Positions 1 through 10,201 are shown, numbered from the stretch's first letter. The stretch: 64,000 nucleotides of DNA from an uncultured Gammaproteobacteria bacterium (GCA_964543035.1 CAZIVL010000001.1:45714-109713); one strand, 5' to 3'. Numbers and translations are program-made. The notes: generated by a model from the letters alone, not told the origin.

Positions 1-427
1 CGTGTACGGCAGTTCCCACTGGAATATTGGAGAGAGGCAATGTATTTCCGACTGTGAGTGGGGCGTCTTTCGAGGCCACAATGGCTTGTCCGATCTTCAT
101 CCCTTCAGTGGACAAGATATATCTGCGGTCGCCATCTTCGTATTGGACCAAAGCCAGATTCGCAGTTCTGTTTGGATCATATTCAAATGCAATTACTCGA
201 CCGAGGGCGCCGTCTTTGTTTCTCTTCCAATCAATGGTTCTCAAAAATCTCTTTTGTCTCCCACCTTGGTGTCTCGTGGTAACCACACCACTCGAATTTC
301 GACCGGAGTTCTTTTTCAGGATTTGTGTCAGCCTCTTCTCGGGTCTCTTGCTGTCCAGATCCGAATAATCAAGAGTTGAGGAAAAGCGTAGTCCCGCAGT
401 AGTTGGTTTGTAGAATTTAAGTGACAT
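1..427 (-). CDS. rplB: 50S ribosomal protein L2 (3' end outside window)
   Basis: Manual translation MSLKFYKPTTAGLR...GRNSSGVVTTRHQGG...EYDPNRTANLAL; follows rplW. Confidence 0.97.
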   Translation of the reverse strand, partial: MSLKFYKPTTAGLRFSSTLDYSDLDSKRPEKRLTQILKKNSGRNSSGVVTTRHQGGRQKRFLRTIDWKRNKDGALGRVIAFEYDPNRTANLALVQYEDGDRRYILSTEGMKIGQAIVASKDAPLTVGNTLPLSNIPVGTAVH

Positions 428-429
428 AT

Positions 430-711
430 TTATTTGACGTCAAAAAGATCAATTCTTTGACCCTTTTGTAAAGTAACAATCGCTTTCTTCATATTAGATT
501 TCTGCCTATATATCCATCTTTTTCCGGTTCGATAGGATTTTCCTGGCACTGTGATTGTCTGCACTTTTAGTACTTTTACTCCAAAAGTTTTTTGTACATC
601 ATTTTTTACTTGAGTCTTATTGGCATCTGGATTCACCAAAAATACAAACCTGTTCTCATGGGTGAGTTTGGTAGTTTTTTCAGTAATAACTGGTCTGATT
701 AGATTAGACAT
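430..711 (-). CDS. rplW: 50S ribosomal protein L23
   Basis: LIRPVITEKT...ANKTQVK...KKAIVTL; start taken at the ATG overlapping the rplD stop. Confidence 0.96.
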   Translation of the reverse strand: MSNLIRPVITEKTTKLTHENRFVFLVNPDANKTQVKNDVQKTFGVKVLKVQTITVPGKSYRTGKRWIYRQKSNMKKAIVTLQKGQRIDLFDVK

Positions 712-1309
712 ATCTTTTAGAAAGCTCCTCCAAAGCCTCAGGTGTAAAGTAAACTGTAGGATGCGAAAACACGTGATAAGCATTCAGCTGCATAGCCGTC
801 ATCAAAGACACTCGGTCGAGATTCCGCAAAAACTTACCATTTTCCAATTGAGCCTCAGATATTACTATCAGTTTTCGTCCTTCAAGTGCTTTTGCATCTT
901 TGGTTTTTTTGATTTTAGACAACCCTTCTAGGACAAATATTTGTTTTGCTTCAGCCTTTTTGTTCAAAGCAGTTAAAAGTGCCAGTCTACCCATAGACTT
1001 CGTCAGACTCATTTTGTGGTTTTGTAATCCATCCGGTCCAAAAGCGATTCCTCCACCTACAAAGATTGGAGCCGCATAAGATCCGTGTCTGGCTCGTCCA
1101 GTACCTTTTTGTCTATACATTTTGGCCGTTGTCTTGGAGACTTCCGCCCGAGTCTTGGTCTTGGCCACGGCTCTCCTTTGATTGGACAAATGCGTTCTCA
1201 CCGCTTGAGCCACTATTGCGGGTTTGCCCTTTATTCCAAAGACTGCCTTAGGGAGTGTGACTTTTTCACCTTCTTTTCCGTCAATATTGATACTATTTGC
1301 GGTGCTCAT
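704..1309 (-). CDS. rplD: 50S ribosomal protein L4
   Basis: TKTRAEVS...RQKGTGRARHGS..APIFVGGG motif. Confidence 0.98.
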   Translation of the reverse strand: MSTANSINIDGKEGEKVTLPKAVFGIKGKPAIVAQAVRTHLSNQRRAVAKTKTRAEVSKTTAKMYRQKGTGRARHGSYAAPIFVGGGIAFGPDGLQNHKMSLTKSMGRLALLTALNKKAEAKQIFVLEGLSKIKKTKDAKALEGRKLIVISEAQLENGKFLRNLDRVSLMTAMQLNAYHVFSHPTVYFTPEALEELSKRYV

Positions 1310-1875
1310 GAGATCTTTTTGACAGTAAGTAACGTATATCTACTGGCTCCGGGGACAGAACCTCCCACAGTTACAGTCTTTTTGTCTGCGTCTACCTCTA
1401 GGACTTTTAGATTCTTGATCATGACCGTATCTACTCCCATATGTCCAGCTCTCCTCTTGCCTTTATACACGCGTCCAGGAGTGGTTGTGGATCCAGATGA
1501 TCCTGGGGCTCTTTCGCGGTCCGATTGACCGTGGGTTCGAGGTCCCCCACGAAATCCATGTCTTTTGACAGCTCCGGCAAATCCATGTCCTTTAGTAATT
1601 CCAGTAACACTCACCATATCTCCGACTTGTACCATTTCTGATACAGAAAGCTCAGTTCCAGGCTCCATCACTTCATCAGTTCTGATCTCAGAAATAACCG
1701 TTTTTTTGTTATTTTGAATCGAAAGTCGTAAGGCCGAATACTTATGCTTTTCAGTCGTTCGCAAGTCCAAAACGCGGGTGGGTAGTACCTGCAAAACCGA
1801 GGATCCCACCTGGGCTCCTGCCTCAGTATATTTACTGGTCATCCCGATTCTTTTTGCAAAAAAAGTTGTAATCAT
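1306..1875 (-). CDS. rplC: 50S ribosomal protein L3
   Basis: KRIGMT, TKGHGFAGAVKRHGF, THG...RAPGS, GRVYKGKRRAGHMG. Confidence 0.98.
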   Translation of the reverse strand: MITTFFAKRIGMTSKYTEAGAQVGSSVLQVLPTRVLDLRTTEKHKYSALRLSIQNNKKTVISEIRTDEVMEPGTELSVSEMVQVGDMVSVTGITKGHGFAGAVKRHGFRGGPRTHGQSDRERAPGSSGSTTTPGRVYKGKRRAGHMGVDTVMIKNLKVLEVDADKKTVTVGGSVPGASRYTLLTVKKIS

Positions 1876-1879
1876 TATA

Positions 1880-1990
1880 GAAACAAAAAAAGCGCCATTG
1901 GCGCTCATCTAAATCTTTAGAGTAGCCAATGTCAAAGCGGAGCAATAATCTGGCAATTTCGTCTGCTCACGTCTGAAGCTGATTATACCA
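1880..1990 (-). promoter_or_regulatory. Internal promoter (TGGTATAAT) and structured rplC leader with a terminator-like hairpin
   Basis: Minus-strand extended -10 at 1982-1990; AGCGCC-AAT-GGCGCT followed by a T run; alternative CATTGGC/GCCAATG pairing. Confidence 0.6.
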
Positions 1991-1994
1991 CAGC

Positions 1995-2303
1995 TTACAT
2001 TTTTACCTCAATGTCCACGCCGGCTGGCAGATCCAGGTTGGAAAGAGATTCAATGGTTTTGGGGGTTGGATCGTGGATATCAATCAGGCGCTTGTGGACT
2101 AGCATTTCGTAGTGATCCCGGGCGTTTTTGTCCACGTGAGGAGAAGTAGTGACAACGATTAGTTTGCGAGAAGTAGGCAAGGGGATAGGTCCTATAACTT
2201 TGGCCCCGGTTGACAGTGCCGTGTCCAATATTTTGGCCGCCGCTTCATCAATGACGCGATGGTCAAAAGCTTTTAGCTTTACTCGTAGTCGTCCCTTTGC
2301 CAT
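1995..2303 (-). CDS. rpsJ: 30S ribosomal protein S10
   Basis: RVKLKAFDHRVID, GPIPLPT, SPHVDK, HKRLIDI, LPAGVDIEVK. Confidence 0.98.
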   Translation of the reverse strand: MAKGRLRVKLKAFDHRVIDEAAAKILDTALSTGAKVIGPIPLPTSRKLIVVTTSPHVDKNARDHYEMLVHKRLIDIHDPTPKTIESLSNLDLPAGVDIEVKM

Positions 2304-2321
2304 ATTAAAGAGCAAGAATTA

Positions 2322-3500
2322 TTAAGCGATGACTTTAGTCACCACTCCCGCGCCGACGGTTTTTCCGCCTTCGCGAATTGCAAATCTCAAACCTTCTTCG
2401 ATAGCAACCGGTACAATCAGTTTCACCTTGATGCTGGCATTGTCTCCTGGCATGACCATTTCAGTTCCAGCAGCCAGTGTGACCTCGCCGGTTACGTCAG
2501 TTGTTCGGATATAGAATTGTGGTCTATATCCTGAGAAGAATGAAGTGTGGCGTCCCCCCTCTTCCTTCTTAAGGACATAGATATTAGCTTCAAATTCAGT
2601 GTGAGGAGTAATAGATCCAGCCTTAGCCAGTACTTGTCCACGTTCAACTGCTTCTTTTTCTACGCCGCGAAGCAAAAGCCCAACGTTGTCTCCAGCTTGT
2701 CCCTCTTCTAATTGTTTTCTAAACATCTCGACTCCAGTTACCACGGTTGAGGAAGTAGCTTTGATACCCACAATTTCAATAGGATCGTTGATCTTCACGA
2801 TTCCGCGCTCAATTCGGCCTGTGACCACAGTTCCACGACCCTTGATCGAGAAGACGTCTTCGACAGGCATCAAAAATGGCTTGTCTAGCTCGCGGACTGG
2901 TGTGGGGATATATTCGTCCACTTTAGCCATGAGCTCGAGAATCTTTTCTTCGTACTTAGCATCACCTTCAGCCGCTTTTAGAGCAGATCCACGGACGATC
3001 GGTACATCGTTTCCGGGATATCCATACTTGGTCAGCAGTTCGCGCACTTCCATCTCGACGAGGTCCAAGAGAGAGTCGTCGTCTACCATGTCACACTTGT
3101 TGAGGAAGACTACGATTGCTGGCACATTGACCTGCTTGGCCAAAAGGATGTGTTCGCGAGTTTGAGGCATCGGTCCGTCTGCCGCGGATACGACCAGGAT
3201 CGCTCCGTCCATTTGAGCAGCTCCGGTAATCATATTCTTGATGTAGTCGGCGTGGCCTGGAGCATCGATGTGTGCATAGTGTCTCTTTTCTGTCTCATAC
3301 TCTTGGTGAGAAAGATTGATGGTTACTCCTCGTGCCTTTTCTTCTGGAGCAGAATCAATGTCTTCGTATTTCTTAGCAACAGCCCAACCCTTTTTGGAAA
3401 GAACGGTAGTAATAGCGGAAGTCAAAGTGGTCTTACCATGGTCGACGTGACCAATAGTACCAATGTTGACGTGAGGTTTACTGCGGACAAATGTTGCCAT
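2322..3500 (-). CDS. tuf: Elongation factor Tu
   Basis: [39 protein letters not shown], full length. Confidence 0.99.
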   Translation of the reverse strand: MATFVRSKPHVNIGTIGHVDHGKTTLTSAITTVLSKKGWAVAKKYEDIDSAPEEKARGVTINLSHQEYETEKRHYAHIDAPGHADYIKNMITGAAQMDGAILVVSAADGPMPQTREHILLAKQVNVPAIVVFLNKCDMVDDDSLLDLVEMEVRELLTKYGYPGNDVPIVRGSALKAAEGDAKYEEKILELMAKVDEYIPTPVRELDKPFLMPVEDVFSIKGRGTVVTGRIERGIVKINDPIEIVGIKATSSTVVTGVEMFRKQLEEGQAGDNVGLLLRGVEKEAVERGQVLAKAGSITPHTEFEANIYVLKKEEGGRHTSFFSGYRPQFYIRTTDVTGEVTLAAGTEMVMPGDNASIKVKLIVPVAIEEGLRFAIREGGKTVGAGVVTKVIA

Positions 3501-3514
3501 ATGTAAAAGGAATT

Positions 3515-4369
3515 CTATCTGAGGCTAAATACTTTTGCAAGGGGGAAGTTGCGACATTTTTTATATACGTGTCTCATGACAAACTTCATTAGCTCGGATT
3601 TTTTATATTTTTTGTACTCACCTAGCACTTGTGGAATCGGGATTGCAGTTGGAGTGATGGTTGGGATTGGCGCCGTAGTCGGGGCAATTGTTGGTGTTGG
3701 TGTCTGTGTCGGAATTGGAGTTTCTGTAGGAGATGGGCTTGGTGTCAGAGTAGGCTCCAAAGTGGGTGTTGGTGTGACAGTCGGTGTCGCCGTAGGCGTC
3801 ATAGTTGGGACTGGAGTAGTTGCGACAAACAAACTATTCTGTGGGTCAGGTATATCTCGCAACGAAAAATCCACCGAGTTGTCATCGGTATCATCTTCTA
3901 CAGGGAGTCTCTCAATACTTTTGCCAGCAGCGGGTGCAGCCACAGCAGTTCCCTCAAATGTCGTAGCCGTCCCCATACCCACCAGATCTTCAGTAGAGTA
4001 GCTGCTCGTGCCGGTTTTTTTCTGTAGAGATATGAAACTGTTTGCAGTGATAGAGCTGCTACTCGCAGAATATACAAAGTCGGGTGTAACTGGAATAGTC
4101 GCATAGGCAGGATTGCCAATCAGCAGATAGCCCTGTGCTTTTATAACTCCAGTCATCGACGCTACCAGGTTAGTGCTCGCTCCCACTCGCAGCCTCCACC
4201 CAGTCAGGTCCACATCAGACAAAGTTGGGTTATATAGCTCTACAAACTCGTCCGACGCAACCCCTCCCCCTACCTGAATTTCTGAAATGACTACATGGTT
4301 TGTTGCTGCCCTCGCAACCCCCGGAAGCAAAAGAAGCACTATAAGAAAAACGGGCAATATTTTTCTCAC
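3515..4369 (-). CDS. Secreted lamin-tail-domain protein with Pro/Thr-rich linker
   Basis: Signal peptide; [27 protein letters not shown] motif; PTPT repeats. Confidence 0.8.
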   Translation of the reverse strand: MRKILPVFLIVLLLLPGVARAATNHVVISEIQVGGGVASDEFVELYNPTLSDVDLTGWRLRVGASTNLVASMTGVIKAQGYLLIGNPAYATIPVTPDFVYSASSSSITANSFISLQKKTGTSSYSTEDLVGMGTATTFEGTAVAAPAAGKSIERLPVEDDTDDNSVDFSLRDIPDPQNSLFVATTPVPTMTPTATPTVTPTPTLEPTLTPSPSPTETPIPTQTPTPTIAPTTAPIPTITPTAIPIPQVLGEYKKYKKSELMKFVMRHVYKKCRNFPLAKVFSLR

Positions 4370-4429
4370 TAAGATTTATGCTAACCCCTTTTTTCAATTG
4401 TCGTCAACAACTAAAACCTAAAAACGTAA

Positions 4430-4804
4430 TTATTTATCCTTCCACTCGTCAAACACACCGACACACCTATTTTCTATACATCTAGGAGAAGTTGCAAGGC
4501 AGAGGACAGAGCAAGTTGGTCCGCCAAAGCTTTTACAGTTATCTCCAATCTCGGACAAATATTTATCTTTGAAATTTTTATTTATATATGTTCCACAATT
4601 GCACTCATCGCAAGTATTAGCTCGCACTCGCACACACTCCGAGTCGCTGTTGCAGCTTTTATATCCTTCATACTGATCAGGAAGAACAAAATCGTAAATC
4701 TTATCTTGAATCACATCTTTTCTCTGAGATCTCAAGATTATGGCTCCTAGTCCCACTCCTAGAATCAAAAGAACGGCAACCAAAACGGATACTGTTTTCC
4801 CCAC
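4430..4804 (-). CDS. Hypothetical membrane-anchored Cys-rich protein
   Basis: N-terminal TM segment, SCNSDSECV..C..C.C pattern. Confidence 0.65.
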   Translation of the reverse strand: MGKTVSVLVAVLLILGVGLGAIILRSQRKDVIQDKIYDFVLPDQYEGYKSCNSDSECVRVRANTCDECNCGTYINKNFKDKYLSEIGDNCKSFGGPTCSVLCLATSPRCIENRCVGVFDEWKDK

Positions 4805-4833
4805 AAATTATTTATAGCCCAAAAATCCCTAAC

Positions 4834-5085
4834 TTACCAAGCAATGATTACTCGAGATGGGTCCTCGGTACTAGTTTCAAATTTTTCGCCCGCTCCTCCT
4901 ACTCCCACATAACTCGCTCCCGCACCTGGAATGTTCAACCAAACAGCAGTTCCCGGTTCTAGATTATCAGTCAAAAAATCTGCAGCACCCTTATAGCCAC
5001 GGGCTGCGATACGAGGATCATCAACTGGCAAGTCAACAGTGACTTTTCCAACCACTTTTAACTGATGAATTGTTTCACCGTTCAT
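4834..5085 (-). CDS. Hypothetical protein
   Basis: ORF starting 5 nt after the fusA stop; no recognised motif. Confidence 0.5.
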   Translation of the reverse strand: MNGETIHQLKVVGKVTVDLPVDDPRIAARGYKGAADFLTDNLEPGTAVWLNIPGAGASYVGVGGAGEKFETSTEDPSRVIIAW

Positions 5086-5089
5086 ATTT

Positions 5090-7234
5090 CTATGCAGCAG
5101 CCTGCACTTTTCCACTCTTTGCAATTATCCCCTCAGCAATGTTTCTAGGCACTTCGTCATAGTGAGATGGTTCCATATAGTAGGAGGCGCGGCCTTGGGA
5201 CAGTGAGCGCAGCTTGGTGGCATAACCAGACAGTTCAGCCAGAGGCACATGAGCATTGATGATAGTCAGATGTCCGCGCTTATCTGTGCCTTGAATAGCA
5301 GCTCTCTTAGATGATAGATCTCCAATCACGTCTCCCATAAATTCGTCTGGAGTGGAGACCTCCACTTTCATGACTGGTTCTAGGATGGTAGGTTCTGCGA
5401 TCTTGGCCGTGTGTTGGAAAGCCATGGATCCGGCGATCTTAAAGGCCATTTCTGAAGAGTCCACATCGTGGTAGGTTCCGTCAAAGAGGGTGATCTTGGT
5501 GTCAACGGTTGGGAATCCGGCCAAGACTCCGTTTTCCATGGCTTCCACGATTCCTTTTTCGATAGGAGCAATAAACTCTCCTGGAATAGCTCCACCTTTG
5601 ATTGCGTTTACAAACTCAAATCCTGCTCCGCGAGGTAGGGGCTCCATCTTGATCCAACAATGTCCATACTGTCCGCGACCTCCAGATTGGCGAATAAATT
5701 TACCCTCTCCTTCGGCGGCCTTTTTCACAGTTTCCTTGTAGGCCACTTGTGGAGCGCCGGTGGACGCTTCCACGTTAAACTCTCGCTTCATGCGGTCCAC
5801 CAGGATCTCCAGATGCAGCTCACCCATTCCAGAGATGATTGTCTGCCCTGTCTCGTGATTGGACTTGATGCGGAAAGTCGGATCTTCGTCAGACAGTTTG
5901 TTTAGAGCCAGACCCATCTTTTCTTGATCGGACTTTGTTTTTGGCTCAATAGCCAGTGAGATGACGGGTTCCGGGAAAGAGATTGACTCGAGTACAATTG
6001 GTGCCGCTTTTTCACACAGGGTGTTTCCGGTAGTTGTTTCACGCAGTCCCACGAGCGCCACGATCTCTCCCGCATAAGCAGCGTCGATCTCTTCGCGTTT
6101 GTTGGCGTGCATGAGAAGCATTCGGGAGATTCTTTCTTCTTTTTGTTTCGAGGCGTTCCACAGAGATTGTCCAGCCTTGAGTGATCCCGAGTATATTCGG
6201 ACATATGTCAGTCGTCCTACGTGGGGATCAGTCTGGATCTTGAAAGCCAGTCCAGCAAATTTTTCTTCATTGATAGTCTTGCGGCTTACTTCTTCTCCGG
6301 TTTGAGGATTAGTGCCACGGACATGATCCACATCGACTGGCGATGGCAGATATTCGACTACCGCGTCCAGCATTGGTTGCACACCTTTGTTGCGAAGTGA
6401 TGCTCCTGCATATACCGGGACAAGCTTGTAGGCAATCACGGCTCTTCGCATAGCCGCTTTCAGCTCAGCAACAGTGGGCTCTTCGCCGGCTAGGAATTTG
6501 TTCAAGAGGTCATCGTCAGTCTCAGAGATTTGCTCGATTAGTTTGGTTCGCCACTTTTCTACCGTATCTTTCAGGTCTTCGGGAATTGGTTGTTCTTCGT
6601 ATTTAGCACCAGTTTCATCACCCAGCCAGACCAAGGCTTTTCTCTCGAGTAGTAACACCACTCCTCTAAAAGTATTTTCAGCCCCGATCGGGTAAGCCAT
6701 GACAGCGGGGTTTGCTCCCAGTCTATCAATGATGGCTTTGATCGTGCCTTCAAAATTGGCTCCGAGCTTGTCGTTCTTATTGATAAATATAATTCGTGGT
6801 ACTTTGTATTTGTCGGCCTGTCTCCACACTGTTTCAGTCTGTGACTGCACTGTTTCTTCTGCGTCGAGTACCGTGACGGCTCCGTCCAAGACGCGTAGTG
6901 AGCGCTCGACTTCGGCCGTAAAGTCCACGTGTCCGGGAGTGTCGATCAGGTTGATGCGATATGAGCCGTGTTCTACTGGGCTGTTTACATCAGATACTGA
7001 CCAGAAGGTGGTTGTGGCCGCAGATACGATTGTGATTCCGCGCTCTTTTTCCTGAGCCATCCAGTCCATTTGCGTGTCACCTTCGTCGATGTCTCCGATC
7101 TTGTAGGATTTGCCAGTATAAAAAAGAATTCGTTCCGAAGTAGTCGTCTTTCCAGCGTCAATGTGCGCGATTATTCCAATATTACGCACCCGATCTTGCG
7201 GGACAATTCGATTTGTTGTTTTAATATCTGCCAT
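5090..7234 (-). CDS. fusA: Elongation factor G
   Basis: RNIGIIAHIDAGKTTTSERIL, DTPGHVDF, GMGELHLEI, QSGGRGQYGH, DSSEMAF. Confidence 0.99.
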   Translation of the reverse strand: MADIKTTNRIVPQDRVRNIGIIAHIDAGKTTTSERILFYTGKSYKIGDIDEGDTQMDWMAQEKERGITIVSAATTTFWSVSDVNSPVEHGSYRINLIDTPGHVDFTAEVERSLRVLDGAVTVLDAEETVQSQTETVWRQADKYKVPRIIFINKNDKLGANFEGTIKAIIDRLGANPAVMAYPIGAENTFRGVVLLLERKALVWLGDETGAKYEEQPIPEDLKDTVEKWRTKLIEQISETDDDLLNKFLAGEEPTVAELKAAMRRAVIAYKLVPVYAGASLRNKGVQPMLDAVVEYLPSPVDVDHVRGTNPQTGEEVSRKTINEEKFAGLAFKIQTDPHVGRLTYVRIYSGSLKAGQSLWNASKQKEERISRMLLMHANKREEIDAAYAGEIVALVGLRETTTGNTLCEKAAPIVLESISFPEPVISLAIEPKTKSDQEKMGLALNKLSDEDPTFRIKSNHETGQTIISGMGELHLEILVDRMKREFNVEASTGAPQVAYKETVKKAAEGEGKFIRQSGGRGQYGHCWIKMEPLPRGAGFEFVNAIKGGAIPGEFIAPIEKGIVEAMENGVLAGFPTVDTKITLFDGTYHDVDSSEMAFKIAGSMAFQHTAKIAEPTILEPVMKVEVSTPDEFMGDVIGDLSSKRAAIQGTDKRGHLTIINAHVPLAELSGYATKLRSLSQGRASYYMEPSHYDEVPRNIAEGIIAKSGKVQAAA

Positions 7235-7257
7235 AGTGAGAAACTTCAGTTTCGAGA

Positions 7258-7308
7258 TATATGAAAGGATCCATGAGCGTCAGCGAATGGTAGGTTTCCT
7301 TTCATATA
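7258..7308. repeat. 12-bp inverted repeat enclosing a REP-like variant (CCATGAGCGTCAGCGAATGG)
   Basis: TATATGAAAGGA (7258-7269) / TCCTTTCATATA (7297-7308), upstream of fusA. Confidence 0.65.
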
Positions 7309-7392
7309 AAACCTATCATTCAAAAAAATAAAGCTCTTCAGCTCTTTGTGATTCTACCAGAAGCTCAAGCTAGTCACAATCCTCATCAACAC

Positions 7393-7427
7393 TAGAATCT
7401 TTAGCACTCCCGCGTTACAATTGCCAC
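7393..7427 (+). promoter_or_regulatory. -10 element (TAGAAT) plus degenerate CIRCE operator
   Basis: TTAGCACTC-N9-AATTGCCAC directly before dnaJ; left arm matches the CIRCE consensus perfectly, right arm 5/9. Confidence 0.55.
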
Positions 7428-7431
7428 ATAT

Positions 7432-8307
7432 ATGGCCACTAAGCGCGACTACTACGATATTTTAGGCGTCCAAAAGACAGCCACCGCCGCCGAGTTAAAG
7501 TCAGCTTATCGCAAGATGGCTCTCGAATGGCATCCAGATAGAAACAAATCCGCCGAGGCCGAAGCCAAGTTCAAAGAGATCAACGAAGCGTATCAAGTTT
7601 TATCAGATGCCAAGAAAAAAGCTACCTACGACCAGTTTGGTCATGCAGCCTTTGACCCAGCAGCAGGCGGCGGTTACAGCGGTGGCAATCCTTTTGCCGG
7701 CGGTTTCCGCCAGGGCCCCTTTACCTATTCATATAGTACTGGGGGAGACAATCCGTTCGGCGACATGGGCGGATTTTCCGATCCCTTCGAAATTTTTGAA
7801 CAATTTTTTGGCGGCCAAAATCCCTTTGGTAGACAAGCTCCCAGAAAAGCTCATTATTCACTTCGCATTCCTTTCATGACTGCAGTCAAAGGTGGCACAG
7901 AGGAAGTAAAAATAGATGGCAAGTCACATACGATCAAGATTCCCGCCGGCGCCGATACCGGCACCCACCTTAGGTTTACAGATTTTGATATCACTTTCCA
8001 AGTCGACGAGAGTCCCGACTTCAAAAGAGATGGCGCAGATGTCTATGTAGATCATCCCATTTCTTTTACCAAAGCCATTTTGGGAGGCGATACGACTACC
8101 AAGACTTTGGATGGCACTCTGAAGATCAAGATCCGCCCCGGCACTCAGCCCGGTACTGTAGTGAGACTTTCAGGCAAGGGGATAACCAAGATCAGTTCCT
8201 TCAAAAAAGACGATCACGGAGATCTCTATATTAGACTTATTATCAAAATGCCCGAACAGCTGTCCAAAAAACAAAAGCAACTTCTAGAGGAGTTTGACCA
8301 TAGTTAA
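7432..8307 (+). CDS. dnaJ: DnaJ class B (CbpA-like) chaperone
   Basis: J domain with HPD, G/F-rich region, C-terminal domain, no zinc finger. Confidence 0.9.
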   Translation: MATKRDYYDILGVQKTATAAELKSAYRKMALEWHPDRNKSAEAEAKFKEINEAYQVLSDAKKKATYDQFGHAAFDPAAGGGYSGGNPFAGGFRQGPFTYSYSTGGDNPFGDMGGFSDPFEIFEQFFGGQNPFGRQAPRKAHYSLRIPFMTAVKGGTEEVKIDGKSHTIKIPAGADTGTHLRFTDFDITFQVDESPDFKRDGADVYVDHPISFTKAILGGDTTTKTLDGTLKIKIRPGTQPGTVVRLSGKGITKISSFKKDDHGDLYIRLIIKMPEQLSKKQKQLLEEFDHS

Positions 8308-8334
8308 TTTGTAAGTTAGATTACAATCAATCAA

Positions 8335-8535
8335 ATGGAATATCCACTGGGTTCTGTAGAAAAAGGCTTGATCGTAATCGCAATCGCAATCCCTCTTGCA
8401 ATATTTGGCACATTCATCGCAAATCCGCCAGATGTTGGAAAATGGTTCGTTGGTGAAGGCATAGCGGAAATGGTGGTATTAGCATCACTTTTAGTGGCAA
8501 TAGCGAGAACAGAACACAAGTTGGACATTGGTTAA
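8335..8535 (+). CDS. Small hypothetical membrane protein
   Basis: Two hydrophobic segments; TACAAT upstream. Confidence 0.5.
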   Translation: MEYPLGSVEKGLIVIAIAIPLAIFGTFIANPPDVGKWFVGEGIAEMVVLASLLVAIARTEHKLDIG

Positions 8536-9008
8536 CGTTTGATAGATCTTAAGATCTCCACCCCACCCATTTCTGCTCGAAGGAGATTTTCATCATTAAT
8601 TTCTTCTATTTTTATCCACTCGGGCGCTTGAGCATCCCCATCTTCGACCTCATCAACAGTCAGCAGCTCAAAAGTTAATGGTTTACATAAAAAATAATAG
8701 ACATAAAAATTGGCTGCCACATTAGACGGATTCCAATAATAATTGCCCTCGCTAAATCTAACAAGTTTTACTATTTCGACTTCAATTCCAGTCTCTTCTT
8801 TTATTTCCCTTTTTAACCCTTCCTCAATTTCCTCACCTTCATCTATTGCCCCTCCTGGGAAGTTATATTTTTGAGCCGCCCGAGATTTGGCCACTAAAAC
8901 CTTTCCGTCGTGGATTATTACGCTATAAGCGGTCGGGCGGAAATACACTTCCGACTCCGGAATGTCCTTCGTCTTCTTGGGCCCGTACAACGTCAAACAC
9001 TGCACCAT
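8532..9008 (-). CDS. NUDIX hydrolase
   Basis: PGGAIDEGEEIEEGLKREIKEETGI Nudix box. Confidence 0.93.
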   Translation of the reverse strand: MVQCLTLYGPKKTKDIPESEVYFRPTAYSVIIHDGKVLVAKSRAAQKYNFPGGAIDEGEEIEEGLKREIKEETGIEVEIVKLVRFSEGNYYWNPSNVAANFYVYYFLCKPLTFELLTVDEVEDGDAQAPEWIKIEEINDENLLRAEMGGVEILRSIKR

Positions 9009-9050
9009 TCGTACATCTTACCAGCCTCGCTAGTACTCTCACTTCGAACC

Positions 9051-9115
9051 TGATATAATCCCTTCAGTTAAGTGTTTTTCAGATGGGGCGGGACGAAAAA
9101 CCCGCCTTTGTTTTG
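9051..9115 (+). promoter_or_regulatory. nusA promoter and leader terminator/attenuator
   Basis: TGATATAAT at 9051-9059; GGCGGG/CCCGCC hairpin followed by TTTGTTTTG. Confidence 0.6.
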
Positions 9116-9127
9116 AAAACAAAAAAT

Positions 9128-10201
9128 ATGCAACGCTCAAATACCGCCAGATCCGATTTTGCCCTAGCCGTGGCCCAGATTGCCCACGAGAGGGGTCTGG
9201 ATTCACAGATCATCTTGGATTCTATCAAGTCAGCCCTCGTTGCCGCCTTCAAAAAAGATCATCCCGAATCATACAAAGAAGACCACGTTTATGACGTAGA
9301 CCTAGATTCTAGTTCTGGTGAGGCTCATGTCTTTGAAACAGAAGGTGACGTAACTGAAGAAGATGGCGTTATCACAGTCACTCCCAAAAAGGGCGCAAAG
9401 AGAGTAGACATCACTCCTCCAGGTTACGGCCGCATCGCCGCCCAGACCGCCAAGCAAGTCATCCTCCAAAAAGTTCGCGAAGCCGAAAAATCTCACATCG
9501 TAGACGAATATCAAAAGCGCATGGGAACGTTGGTCTCCGGCATGATCATTCGCTTTGTAGGCCAAGAGATAGTGGTGGACATTGGCAAGGCCGAGGCCGT
9601 CATGCCCAAGGAAGAGCAAGTCCACTCCGAGGATTACAGATTGAGTGCACGCATGAACTTCTTGGTTCACAGTATTCGTGACTCCGTTCGCGGCCAAGAG
9701 GTTGTGGTTTCCCGAGCCGACGCGGGTATAATTCGCGAGCTCTTCAAAAGAGAAGTCCCCGAGGTCAATTCCGGTGCTGTCGAGATCAAAGCTGTCGCCC
9801 GTGACCCCGGTTCCAGGACCAAGATCGCCGTTTACTCAAACCAAAATGGCGTCGATCCCGTGGGTTCATGTGTGGGTCAAAAAGGTGTTCGAGTACAAGC
9901 TGTCATCAGCGAGCTCAACGGTGAAAAGATCGATATCGTTCAATTCAGTGAAGACCAAGAAAAGTTTGTCGCCTCAGCCCTTTCTCCCGCCGCAGGCCTA
10001 TCTGTGAAAATAAACGCTGCAGCCGGTATCGCCCAAGTGACTGCTCCCCAAGACCAGCTCTCTTTGGCCATCGGTCGTGAGGGTCAAAATGCCAAGCTAG
10101 CCGGCAAGCTCGTGGGTCTGCACATCGATATCAAGGGCGGAGATGCTCCAAAAGAAGAGTCCCCAACAAATGATCAAGTCCAAACCCAAAATGACCAGTA
10201 A
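9128..10201 (+). CDS. nusA: Transcription termination factor NusA
   Basis: GRIAAQTAKQVI, ARDPGSRTKIAV, DPVGSCVGQKGVRV, LSLAIGREGQN. Confidence 0.98.
   Translation: MQRSNTARSDFALAVAQIAHERGLDSQIILDSIKSALVAAFKKDHPESYKEDHVYDVDLDSSSGEAHVFETEGDVTEEDGVITVTPKKGAKRVDITPPGYGRIAAQTAKQVILQKVREAEKSHIVDEYQKRMGTLVSGMIIRFVGQEIVVDIGKAEAVMPKEEQVHSEDYRLSARMNFLVHSIRDSVRGQEVVVSRADAGIIRELFKREVPEVNSGAVEIKAVARDPGSRTKIAVYSNQNGVDPVGSCVGQKGVRVQAVISELNGEKIDIVQFSEDQEKFVASALSPAAGLSVKINAAAGIAQVTAPQDQLSLAIGREGQNAKLAGKLVGLHIDIKGGDAPKEESPTNDQVQTQNDQ

Noticed and set aside
2-379. Plus-strand ORFs here and the many antisense or alternate-frame ORFs across tuf, fusA, rpoBC and others
   Set aside because: Shadow ORFs of conserved genes with no recognisable motifs.
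3640-3820. Repeat element in the lamin-tail gene
   Set aside because: An ordinary Pro/Thr linker with codon-multiple periodicity, common in CPR surface proteins.
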